Source of the DNA: Octopus bimaculoides
Lineage: Eukaryota
Assembly: GCF_001194135.2 (NCBI RefSeq)
Contig: NC_068985.1
Location: 104,998,106-105,062,105 of the forward strand
Direction of reading: 5' to 3'
Length of the DNA stretch: 64,000 bases
Positions 52,932 to 63,780 of this stretch are shown here, piece after piece (position 1 is the first letter of the stretch; each line of letters starts with the position of its first letter). A program made the position numbers and the translations under genes. Under the pieces are notes generated by a model. That model saw nothing but the letters and a program-made list of their open reading frames with translations, had not been told where the DNA came from and made no database searches.

Positions 52932-53180
52932 CTTGATGTAGCCCAAGATGTCTTGAGGAACTGCATGAATACTGAATTGCAATCATCCCAGCAAAATACC
53001 AACAAACATTCCCAGACTGAACAATTCACAGCAGATTCTGATAATGTTGATGCTACATTAAACAAACCTAACAGTCATCGTAAATCAAATCACACAACTA
53101 TAAATAATTTAACAACTGGTACTGCCAAAGTAAATCCAAGAAAAACTGACGTATCTGTTAGCTCTGATGAGACAGAAGAA
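52932..53180 (+). CDS. CCDC15: CCDC15-like exon, low-complexity linker (LDVAQDVLRNCMNTELQSSQQ...SSDETEE)
   Basis: TTTCAG acceptor, 249-nt stop-free frame, GTAAGT donor, phase 0-0. Confidence 0.78.
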
Positions 53181-53457
53181 GTAAGTTTATTACTGTTGTT
53201 CACTTTATGCAGGGATTGTCTTTGTCTCTTAGTGTTTTAGGGTCATATTTTAGGGTCACTAAAATAAACCAGTTAAGCACCAGGATGAAGTTAATCTGTG
53301 GTCTTGTGCCAGTCTAAGAAAGTATTATTTAAAGGTGTACACAAATGTGTCACATTTAGAATTAGATTTCTTGATACTGGGTCACAACTAGTTTCTTTAG
53401 ATATCAAGAACCTTTCACACAATCCTGGCTGTTCTTAATTATTTTTACTATCATTAA

Positions 53458-53640
53458 TAAGGTGGCAAGCTGGCAGAATCATTAGCATGCCAGGCAAAAT
53501 GCCACTAGGCTTTTTGCCTGTCCTTATGTTCCGAGTTCAAATTCTGCCAAGATCAACTTTGCCTTTCATCCTTTTGGGGTTGATAAAATAAGTACCAGTT
53601 GAGTACTGGGGTCGATGTAATCGACTAGGCCCCTTCCCCT
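53458..53640 (+). mobile_element. SINE (TAAGGTGGCAAGCTGGCAGAATC family)
   Basis: Colinear with the 48142 and 49056 copies. Confidence 0.8.
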
Positions 53641-53851
53641 ATATGTTTTAGAGTAAAGTAATAGGTGAGTTCAGAGTGGCTCCCGGAGATTCGCCAACAC
53701 TACACCTGATTTTCTCCCCTCCATACACACGCAAGCATGTATCTGACTCATACACTGTTCACTTTCCAGACATTTGTACAATACTGCAGATGCTTTATGC
53801 ACACTTCTGACAAGTTGTAGTGCACCTGAGCACTGTATACAATAATTTCAC

Positions 53852-53886
<35 letters not shown>

Positions 53887-54027
53887 AACAACGAGAGAAC
53901 TTTGTGCAGGCTGGAATCAACTGCATTTAATATTTAAATTTCAGAATTGAACTTTAGACGTCAGAAGAAGGAATGAAGAAAAAAAAACAAAATACTGAAA
54001 TTTATTAAAAAATATTTTATTTTCTAG

Positions 54028-54094
54028 GCATCTGGAAAATTTTCTTTTCCATTAGATTATAAGGAAATGGTAAAGGACTTTAATAACGGCATAG
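54028..54094 (+). CDS. CCDC15: CCDC15-like exon (ASGKFSFPLDYKEMVKDFNNGI)
   Basis: TTTTCTAG acceptor, GTATGT donor, 67 nt. It supplies exactly the phase 0 to 1 shift needed between its neighbours. Confidence 0.7.
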
Positions 54095-54419
54095 GTATGT
54101 GTTTTCTTTTGTCACAGCTTAGAAAAGTTGTATGTTCTCTAAATTTATTTACATTTTCAGTTGTTTTTTTTTTAATCTATTTCATTGTTGAAGAAGTGAC
54201 TTTTGAAGGAATTGTAAAAGGTTGATAGTTGCAATAGAGACATTAGTCTCTCCCTATAACCTTTCAACAAAATTATATATTAAGAAAACAGTAGGACAAT
54301 TAACAACATAATAAAAATAAGTTTTATTTTGGTGATGCTTGGCTTTACAAATCCTGTGTTATTCAGCCTGGCAGCTGCTGGTTAGCTTGTGATCAGCATT
54401 GGAAGGTTAAAGGCTTCGT

Positions 54420-54612
54420 CGAGGCATCTGAGAGGAGCAAGTTGTTGTTACATCGAAGGCATTGCGTTAAAGAGAGCTAGAAAGCGCGCAAAGCACTTTA
54501 AGTACTGGTTTTACTACGCATGCGCACTCGAGGGGCTTCCGGGAAGGCAAGTCCCTTGCGCATACGTAGATTGTACTTCCTTAATGGCGGCCATAATTTC
54601 ACGCCATTAAAG
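54420..54612. promoter_or_regulatory. CpG-rich intronic element with NRF1/ETS/YY1-type motifs
   Basis: TACGCATGCGCA (54515-54526), TGCGCATACGTA (54557-54568), CTTCCGG (54536-54542) and three ATGGC/GCCAT cores (54584-54607). Confidence 0.5.
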
Positions 54613-55003
54613 AATAAAATATTGATGTTGTAATTAGCTGCTACCATTTTCACTACTACCAAATTCCTCTCCATCCTCATCATCATCACCACCACCACAA
54701 TCACATTCTTCTTTTTCTTCTTTGTTCTTTTTCTGGGGACTGAGAATACTACATGTTTTCATGATGTAAGAGGAAGAGGGGCAGTCAGCTACCAAAGGAA
54801 CTTATGATAGGTTGGTGGCTGGGCCTAGTTTGTCAAGAACCATGGAGGAGATGGTTGAGCTGGCAGCAGCCAACAAATAATGTATCCATTGTTATTGTGA
54901 AAGAGTAAAGTAGCCATTAGAATTCAAAATTAAACATAAATGAAGTGGGGAGGGAAGAAATATGTATACTTTTTCAGCCTCATTTATCATCATCATCATC
55001 ATC

Positions 55004-55212
55004 ATCATTGTCGTTTAACGTCTGCTTTCTATGCTAGCATAGGTTGGACGATTTGACTGAGGACTGGTGAACCGGATGGCTACACCAGGCTCCAATCTGA
55101 TCTGGCAGAGTTTCTACAGCTGGATACCCTTCCTAATGCCAACCACTCCGAGAGTGTAGTAGGTGTTTTTACATGCCACCGGCACGAGAGCCAGTCATGC
55201 GGTACTGGCATG
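55004..55212 (-). mobile_element. RTE-tail SINE/LINE 3' end
   Basis: Same family as 26825-26971, with a (CAT)n tail. Confidence 0.85.
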
Positions 55213-55527
55213 AGAATTGGAAATAACTAAGTCAATAAAGTATCAGCCTAGCAGTGTTAAGTTTTCATGTTTGTAATGCTACATTGACAGTAATTAGGTG
55301 CTTATACCTACTTTTCACACCAGGAATGGGTTTTAGATTTCTTCATAATTATTTCATTTAATGGTAATATTCATGCTCACACTTGCAGCTGTTTTATCAT
55401 CTCTAATAAGTTAAGCTTTGAGAAAAATGCAGTTTAGAACTGTAGCCACGAAACCACTTAGCATTTATCTGATTTACTCCACTTTTCCTACATCATTGTT
55501 GGTATCATAGTTACGATGATATTGCAG

Positions 55528-55690
55528 GTGCTAAGCTATCTACGGTTCAATCAAAATACAATATGGATTGGAAGAGTAAGAAACAACAGATGATGCAGCG
55601 TGTACTGACCCGTAAAATGTTCATGGAGATGGACCGTAAAAAGATCAAGATAATTCAGCAGAAAAATAACTTGAATGCAAAGCAGTTTAT
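55528..55690 (+). CDS. CCDC15: CCDC15-like exon (GAKLSTVQSKYNMDWKSKKQQMMQRVLTRKMFMEMDRKKIKIIQQKNNLNAKQF)
   Basis: 163 nt, phase 1 to 2. RKMFMEMDR matches the CCDC15 motif RRLFMDIER. Confidence 0.82.
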
Positions 55691-55869
55691 GTATGTATTC
55701 CATGTTAATAATGTTGAATTATCATTTTATTGAATAATACTTTTAAGTATTGAAGTACTAAAATGAGATTATAATTCTTCTGAATATTAATCTTTTTGTT
55801 AGAAATGAAAGTCTGTGTTTCAGTTGCTTTCATCTCTGGACATCATCAGTACTAGGTTTTCTTCTCTCA

Positions 55870-56091
55870 TTAGCCTTTCGTTATCATATTTCTAATGAAT
55901 TACACTAATTTTGTGTCAATTAATTTTGAAACTAATGAAGAATTTAGGAAAATAACTTTGTCATTATTAAACTAGTGTTTGGAATATAAATTAACATAAA
56001 TTTTTGATGTTAGGTTTTAATTTAGGCCACTATAAACATGACGTTTGTCTCACAGAACCAGGGGCAGCCTCAAGTAGATGGGTCAAAGGCT
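55870..56091. mobile_element. Degenerate piggyBac-like MITE
   Basis: Short inverted ends AGCCTTT...AAAGGCT around a ~220-bp body; TTAA target site only partly preserved. Confidence 0.4.
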
Positions 56092-56936
56092 TTTTATGCT
56101 CCTCTCTTCTGATCTTTAGGGGCTTCCTTGCTTTACCTTTATAAGAACTTAAACGATTTTCATCTATTATAATTGAAACCATTGTTTTATCCATTTTTGA
56201 GTAGGTCTAGGTTTGGTAAGAAATCTGTGAAATGTCACGTTATTTTTTACCACAGTTCACTTGTTATATGTGTAAAGTGTTGATGTTAAACTTGGCAACA
56301 AATTAAGCCTCCCACTCAAATAAACTATGACAGAATTAAAGGAACAGGAATAAATATTGCAAGGCATTTGGTCCAACATTTTTACAGTTCTGCCTGTCCA
56401 CTGCTCTAGATATATAATTTTTCGTTATTGATCTCAAACTGATGAAAGATAAAGTTGACCGTAGTAGAATTTGAACTCAGAGTGCAGAGATTTAGAATAA
56501 ATAACATTCTCTAATGCTTTTACTGGTTACCATCATAAATAAATAAGTCGTAGCATGCATTTAGTGTTGACTGCTGCAAGAAAGAATAATCAATAATATA
56601 ACAGATTAATTTTTTTTGATTTTGATTAAGTCAGCCTTTTGCTACTTTGGGTTTCTCTTGTGGGGGGTACAAAGTTTTCAGGTAAGTTATGACTGAAGAA
56701 ATGATGGAATTCACATGCACATATATGTGTGTGAAGGAGAAAAAGGAAATGATATAAAGGGAAAAAGAAGAGAAATGAAAAAGAAGAAATAAAAGAAGGA
56801 AAGAAAACAAAAGAAAGAAAATAGAAAGGGAGGAAGAAGAAGTGGAAAGGAAAGGATTATTCTTACCAAATTGCCATGGCATCATTTGTATTTACATTGT
56901 GCCAATTTCTATGTAAAATGTTAGAGAAAGAAACCA

Positions 56937-58326
56937 AGCTGTTTGTTACAATACATACATCTAAAGCAAAAATTTTCAGGGGGTCCTTAAAATACTATTG
57001 TGAATCACCAATTTACCATTTTGTGAGCGGAGCACACAAAATCTTATATGGATCCTCAGGGGCGATATGGATTCCGGTTCAGAACCACTGATATTAAAGC
57101 ATTCGTAATGGGTCATTTCCTATAATAAAATGTTTCGTTTTACGGTCTAAGGGAGATAACTATCCACAACCTAGCAACTAAGGGAAGTAACTAAATTTTT
57201 TTAAAAACCGGAGAAAGACGGAAGAAAAATAAATAACGAAAGGCAAAAGTAAATTAGTAAAAAATAAAAATAATTAAAATAGAAGCAGGCACATTCCATT
57301 CAATTATACATGACACCAGGAGAAATTGGTTTTCCTCTTCTAAATTTTCTTTTGAGAAATATTAAAGCGTTTGGCAAGGCAAAGTCGCTGGAACAACCAG
57401 TCAGTCTCTCGAAAACTCATCTGATAATTTAGTGTGTTGAGATATCAACGAAGTCAAAAGCTTCTTTATTAGCGGTCTTGTACAGGTAATGGTTAAAAAA
57501 CCACAGACTGAAATGTGTGATTCACAGAATTTGTCGATAGATTACGGCCTTTTCTCTTCTTTTCTATAAAGGGAGGTAATTTAATTTAATCCGCAATGTA
57601 TCATCTTTTATAGAAGGGAAGGCACAGAAATTGTTAACTTCACTAAATCTTTTATTACTAGGTTTTAACAGCATTAAAGGCCTCCAGCCAAATCAATGTG
57701 TTAGGCCCTATAATATTTATTTATTGATAGCAAATCGAAACATACATAAATCATAATCGGACCTCTAGTCTCCTGAGGTCCGCTGTTAACTGCCCAGTGT
57801 ACTTATGTCTTAAGACGGCGCTTACTTGGTGTCAACATTTTCGTCACAGTCTACGACTTGGTCACCGTCACAGTTCCACAGCAAGTTAACAGTTTTTGTG
57901 TGTTTTTGAAAGGCTAGAATGAGTCTTCTACACAGCTTTAGTTTCAACAAACAGTCTCAGATCAAATCACCTGCCAGACAAGTACAGCTCTGGAATTACC
58001 TTTTTTAAAGCAGAAATTAATTTAATTTAATTTTTAAATTGGAATAACGATAGTAATTTAAAGAGGAAGCGAGGGATAGTCGATTATATCACTCAGTACG
58101 TGACTGGTACTTTATTTTATCTACGCTGAAACATTTTATTATAGGAAATGACCCATTACGAATGCTTTACATCAGTGGTTCTGAACCGGAATCCATATCG
58201 CCCCTGAGGATCCATATAAGATTTTGTGTGCTCCGCTCACACAATAGTAAATTGGTGATTCACAATAGTATTTTAAGGACCCCCTGAAAAATTTTGCTTT
58301 AGATGTATGTATTATAACAAACAGCT
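56937..58326. repeat. 200-bp inverted repeat (arms 56937-57136 and 58128-58326)
   Basis: Arms differ by 5 substitutions and one 1-bp indel by manual alignment; the ORF track shows the same peptide on both strands. Confidence 0.97.
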
Positions 58327-58447
58327 GAAAGGATGAAAGGTAAATTTGACCGCAGCGACATTTGAGCACAGAACTTAAAGAGCCGGAAGAGATGCTGCTA
58401 GGCATTTTGCCCAAACGCTCTAACGATTCTGCAGGCTCACCGCCTTA
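58071..58447 (-). mobile_element. SINE split by the inverted-repeat right arm
   Basis: 5' half at 58327-58447 and 3' half at 58071-58127 rejoin into the CTTTCATCCTTTC...GATAAAATAAAGTACCAG module. Confidence 0.85.
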
Positions 58448-59242
58448 ACGGAAATGATAAATAGATCGCTAATTATTCAGCTTTCATGTAGAATTATATT
58501 GCATCAGTGATTACTGGTTTCATATACGATAGCCTGTGATATCGTCTTCTGGTATTGATAAATATGAGATCTTACTCGCTAAGCGGGTGCACTGGACGCC
58601 ACTCCCGCTCACCATTTATTCAATGGTGCACCATCAGATTTACTCCACTTTAGTGACTCCACTTCAGCATTATTACAAATTGATGCCCCCTTCCTAATAT
58701 TCTGAAGCACCCCCAGGCACCAAAGTCTTGCGACGCCCCACGGGGGTATGACTGCTATCTTCATTACACTATCTGAATTAATTTCTTAAGGCTGTTTTTC
58801 AAGAAGTAAGCTACTTTAAAAATATGATTTTTTCACTCGGAGATTTTTACATGTTTACTATGACATCTTAGCTCTGAATGATGTAATGTCTGAAAAAGAA
58901 GGAAAAACATTATTTTCCTTATAGCATGTCTTAAGCTTGCAAATATCGGCATAGTTAAAATTGGTGTTTTCCTTGGTGTTTCAAACTAGAGTAATTTGAT
59001 TCCGCGTACTAGTTGGACACGAGTAACTAGTTAGCACAGCACTATCCACAAGGAAATACTAGAGGCATTTATAGTATATATTCGGTTTTGTTTATTTACT
59101 TATTCATGTTTCGAAATTTGCTATTGCGATTAACTAGCAGTTTATCATATAATTAAATTAATTTTTTTTTAAAAGTTAATATTCAAATAGAATATAAATA
59201 TATAAAAAAAGCTATGCAAATGTCCCCCAGTAACTATGTAAC

Positions 59243-59498
59243 GGTAATCTTCAAGTTTAGGGGGATAAAAAAAAAAATTCAAGGGAAGTAACTGAACGTC
59301 TTACCAGTATTCTCCGTACATCTCTGTTTATAAATAAATCACACACGTGATTTGATTGACGTTAGGGTTAGGATTAGGGTTAGGGTGTGATTTATTTATA
59401 AACAGCTAGAAGAAAACGGATAATACTGGTAAGTCGTTCAGTTATTTCCCTTGAATATTTTTATTTATTTTTTTATCCCCCTAAACTTGAAGATTACC
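59243..59498. mobile_element. Foldback/Mutator-type MITE, 256 bp
   Basis: TIRs at 59243-59344 and 59385-59498 (outer ~31 bp and inner ~21 bp perfect); perfect 9-bp TSD CTATGTAAC at 59234-59242 and 59499-59507. Confidence 0.93.
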
Positions 59499-59864
59499 CT
59501 ATGTAACATCCTTCACTGCACACATTAAGGAAGCGTTAGTGTGTATAAAGAACCCCCTAATTTTTAGGGCTTAAAATTTGGAAAAAAGGTATTGTAAGGG
59601 ATTATAATACTATCCATGTATAAGAAACTCCTATAGTTCTTAAGCCTAATTTTTAACAAAAAAGGGTTCCTTATACACTTTAAAATATGGTAATTTATTT
59701 CAGTTGCTTTTATTCTTTGTATGAAATAGAAAATTATCTGTGAAATAGTTTTAAAGGAGAACAAAGTTACTTCCCTTGTAATGACAATTACCTCCCTTGG
59801 TACCTTAAACTTGAAAATGTTTTAGAGGTTAACACTTTTCATCATGCAGGCGTCAAGTTTTGTT

Positions 59865-60048
59865 TGTACGCCGGTCAAAAATATTTAGTGGCGTTTATTC
59901 CGGTTCTTTACGTTCCGAGTTCAAATTCTGCCGAAGTTGACTGTGCCTTTCATCCTTCCGAGGTCGTTAAAATAAGTACTAGTTTAAAATAAGTACTAAC
60001 CGCTCTCTCTAAAATTGCTGGCCTTGTGCCAAAAATTGAAATCAATAT
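59865..60048 (+). mobile_element. SINE (same family as 48142)
   Basis: TTACGTTCCGAGTTCAAATTCTGCCGA...GGCCTTGTGCCAAAA. Confidence 0.75.
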
Positions 60049-60761
60049 TTTCCATCACGCGAAGGAATTAATTCAGGGTAACGTTCTGATAAAGGAAAAA
60101 GTCTGCTGTTCGGTGACATAAGATATCCACAGCTCAGTGAGGCAGCTTTTGTGCTTCATTCACTGGGACTGTGGCTTGAAGTAGCCATATGAACTTTTCT
60201 CTGATATCAAAATAATGATCAATGCTTTACTTAATCAATTGTGCTGTATCAGAATAATGTTATGAATAAATTATCTCTTTAATGTCGTTTGATAGTTATG
60301 ACTGTTTATTTCATGACTTTAAGAAATAAAATGAAATAATAATTAGCAACTCTCAAGGTAGAGAAACATGTATGTTTACAATGAAGAATATAATTTTCAA
60401 AGTTATCTCAAAAGACTGAACTTTCAGTCCTACCACTGTGGACTTCACACCATCTCAAGAATCAAATGCTTCCCCTTCCCCCCAAATGGATATCATAATT
60501 CTCTATAAATTTTCAACAATCATAAAGCTTTTTAAATGACTATGGAATTTTGATGGGTATGAATAATAATAATAGTTATAACAAGATTGAAATTCATTTT
60601 GCTAATTAGGTTTTGGTGACTTTCATTCAGTTGACCGGCTAACTAGGAATTTTTTTCTGCTTGTGTATTAGAGTTGACTAATTCTAAGAAAATGTATTCT
60701 CTTTCTACATTTATTTGGTTTGGATTATTGATAATCAATCAAATTAATTTCTTAATTTCAG

Positions 60762-60908
60762 CTCATTTTATGAAAATAAATGGATAGAACAGTCCAATGA
60801 TCCTCTAAACTTTCAGCCTAAAACACAACATCAAATTTTTGAACTAGAAATAGATGACTGGTCCAGAAAACATTCTAAACTAAACAGAATGTGCAGCTTC
60901 TATCAAAG
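60762..60908 (+). CDS. CCDC15: CCDC15-like exon (SFYENKWIEQSNDPLNFQPKTQHQIFELEIDDWSRKHSKLNRMCSFYQ)
   Basis: TTTCAG acceptor, 147 nt, phase 2-2, open frame, AG|GTAAAG donor. Confidence 0.72.
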
Positions 60909-61629
60909 GTAAAGACTAATTGTAGGATTTCTTTTTCTATTCAAACAGAACTTATTTATGTAGTTTGTTATCGTCATTGTCATGGTCAACGTTGTCATTG
61001 TTGTCGTCACTGTTATTTTTACTTTTCTATACTTGCATGGGTCAGAAGAGCATAGGCTGGAATAGTATTCTAAGTCAGAATGTCCTTTCTGACACCAACC
61101 CTGCTTGTTTCCAAGTCTATCAAATAACAAGACAGCCTTGACATGTTTAATGCATAGTTGTGGAAACAAATGAACTGTAGAAGTAATTAATAGAAAAGGA
61201 CATTTGAACATGAAAAACCTCTAGTTAGCCATGAGGACCAGAATTAGCATAGTTTCAGTATGTTTAAAGTCTGTAGATTTTAATGCCATGATACTTCTGG
61301 TTGTCCCAGTGTATGTAAATATCACTGAGGAGTTGAACATCACAAAGAGAAAGTGTTAGGCCATTGAGAGTGACAACATGCAAAAGAAATGAAACATTTT
61401 AGACGGTAGCATGTAATACAGTTCAATAAGAAGGATTGTAGTTTTTTTGACTGGGAACTGTCTACAACTATCAGTGTTTTTGTAATCAATTTGAAAATCC
61501 ATTGCATGGGTGATTAGCCCATTCAACTTCACCAGAACCCTGTTGGCCAGCTTTACCTGTTTCCATCTCTCACGATGAGGAGGAGGGGTTGGGCTTTGAG
61601 AGATGCCATCTAATTTTGCATAGTATACT

Positions 61630-61950
61630 TAAAATTAGATGGCCTGAACACATAAGCAATATGAAGCTATGGCAAAGAACAAATCAAGTTTCGATTAGGG
61701 AGCAAATATTTCAGAAAAAGTGAAAGTGGATTGATAGCACAATTAGAAAAGAAACCAAATGTAGCGAAAAGTGCTTTACAGTGGAATCCGGATGGATATA
61801 GAAAGAAGGGTCGGCCTAAGAACTCGTGGCGTGGATCAGCACAAAAGGAACTAGAGAAAGGGGGACATTCATGGCAGAGTATAAGTACAGAAGCGAAAAA
61901 TTATGCGACATGGAATTCATTTATAAGTGGGTTAAAGGCAAGAAAAAAAA
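61630..61950 (+). mobile_element. RTE-type LINE C-terminal fragment
   Basis: IRWPEHISN...AKSALQWNPDGYRKKGRPKNSWR motif typical of RTE ORF C-termini. Confidence 0.85.
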
Positions 61951-63046
61951 AAGCTGTCTACAACAAACTCACTGAAAGAGTACTAGGATGAAGGAAAATA
62001 GGTATATGACTTTTGTTGCAAAATGAACATGAAGGAAAGAAAGAATTTATGAATGTGATGTTTGTGATGTTTTTGGTGGGAAAAACAAAATAAAATTGAA
62101 TGAAAGACAAAAATGCTAGGATTGATCTAGTAGCAGTAGCAACAAGGTGTAAGAAAGACGTTAGAGAGAGATAGAAAGAAAAATGGTGAGGAAAAAAAGC
62201 ATGTCCTCGAAACTATGATACATACATACTTACACACGCACATATACACACATATACCCCCCCCCCCATGCATGCACGCATGTAAACACACACACACACA
62301 CACACNNNNNNNNNNNNNNNNNCCATGCATGCACGCATGTAAACACACACACACACACACACACACACACGTATGTCTTTGTATTTGTGTCTGTCTCCCA
62401 AAATCATTTGACAGCCAGTGTTGGTTTGTTTATGCATCCATTACTTGGCAGTTCAGAAAAAGAGGACTGATAGAGTAAGTACCAGACTTTAAACAAAATA
62501 AGTACTTGAGGTGATCTGTTCAGCTAAAACCCCCGAAGGCAGTGCTCCAGCATGGCCACAGTCCAGTGACTGAAACATGTGAATAGGATAAGAAAAGATA
62601 AAAGATATCTATAAACAAAGATGAAAAATTAAATTGAAAGTTTGTGGATGAAACATATGTTCATATGAGATGCGTGTTTGTGACTTTGTGTGCATAATCA
62701 TATTTCTGTATGCTTATGCATTGCTTTACATGTGTTGTTGACATGTATTTAATAAGTGTTTTAGTTCAGGATAGTTAAGCATTACTGACAGCTGGCTGAA
62801 GTAACATCTACATAGATGCAGCTAAATGATGCTTGTTGTCCTTTCCTATTTCTGTTCTCCTATCCCGCTAATTCACAGGTAACTTATGTTGATAATGTGT
62901 GTGTGTATATTTGATGTTGTTGTTCTCTGTTATTGTGTAGATTTTTTTTTTGAAATGCAGTTTTTATTTTATGTACCTTACAAATTTTCTTTCTAAAAAA
63001 AAAGGCAAAAAAAAAACAAGATAATTGCTTTGTATTGTTTCTCCAG

Positions 63047-63195
63047 ACAGGCGTACTCTCTGCAAGAGAAACTGGAAAAGAAATGCCAGCAATTATCAAT
63101 GAGCATTCCTGCATTGTGCCCTTGTGATAACAACACCAAAGATCTGGCATGGTTATACTGTAATAATAACTGCAGGTTTTATAGAAAACCATCAG
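63047..63195 (+). CDS. CCDC15: CCDC15-like exon with C-terminal Cys motif (QAYSLQEKLEKKCQQLSMSIPALCPCDNNTKDLAWLYCNNNCRFYRKPS)
   Basis: TTTCTCCAG acceptor, 149 nt, phase 2 to 1. Resembles the CCDC15 segment ITLPPLCCCG...CANNCIFYKN. The gene continues past the window. Confidence 0.85.
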
Positions 63196-63387
63196 GTAAT
63201 TACAGTTTGCTGAATCAACAAAGCCCAGTCAAATATTAGGTTAATTATCACTAGTGATTATTTTTTTTTGTCTTAGTCCTGTCTACTTGACTTTACTGTC
63301 ATATGTATATATACATACACACACATATATATGTATGTATANNNNNNNNNNTGTCTACTTGACTTTACTGTCATATGTATATATATA

Positions 63388-63780
63388 GACGTAGGAGTGG
63401 CTGTGTGGTAAGTAGCTTGCTTACGAACCACATGGTTCCGGGTTCAGTCCCACTGCGTGGCACCTTGGGCAAGTGTCTTCTACTATAGCCTCGGGCCAAC
63501 CAAAGCCTTGTGAGTGGATTTGGTAGACGGAAACTGAAAGAAGCCTGTCGTATATATGTATATATGATTGTGTGTGTGTAAATGTTGTGTATCTGTGTTT
63601 GTCCCCCGGTGTGCTTAGGTCCCCGTAACTTAGCAGTTCGGCAAAAAGAAACCGATAGAATAAGTACTAGGCTTACAAAGAATAAGTCCTGGGGTCGATT
63701 TGATTCGACTAAAGGTGGTGCTCCAGCATGACCGCAGTCAAATGACTGAAACAAGTAAAAGAATAAAAGAAAGTAAAAGA
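63388..63780 (+). mobile_element. Near full-length tRNA-derived SINE with internal (TA)/(TG) tract
   Basis: A/B-box head (GGCTGTGTGG, GGTTCAGTCCC), core CCTTGGGCAAGTGTCTTC and 3' GACTGAAACAAGTAAAAGA. Confidence 0.9.

Larger units (their letters stand above)
57136..59813. mobile_element. Non-autonomous Mutator-like (MULE) element, 2678 bp, with nested insertions
   Basis: 9-bp direct repeat AAAATGTTT at 57127-57135 and 59814-59822. Degenerate inverted termini each carry two inward-facing AAGGGARRTAAYT motifs. Confidence 0.7.

Noticed and set aside
57400-57990. Nested antisense gene or transposase inside the MULE-like element
   Set aside because: A GTAAGC donor and short open frames exist, but no joined peptide is recognisable and no DDE motif could be aligned convincingly.
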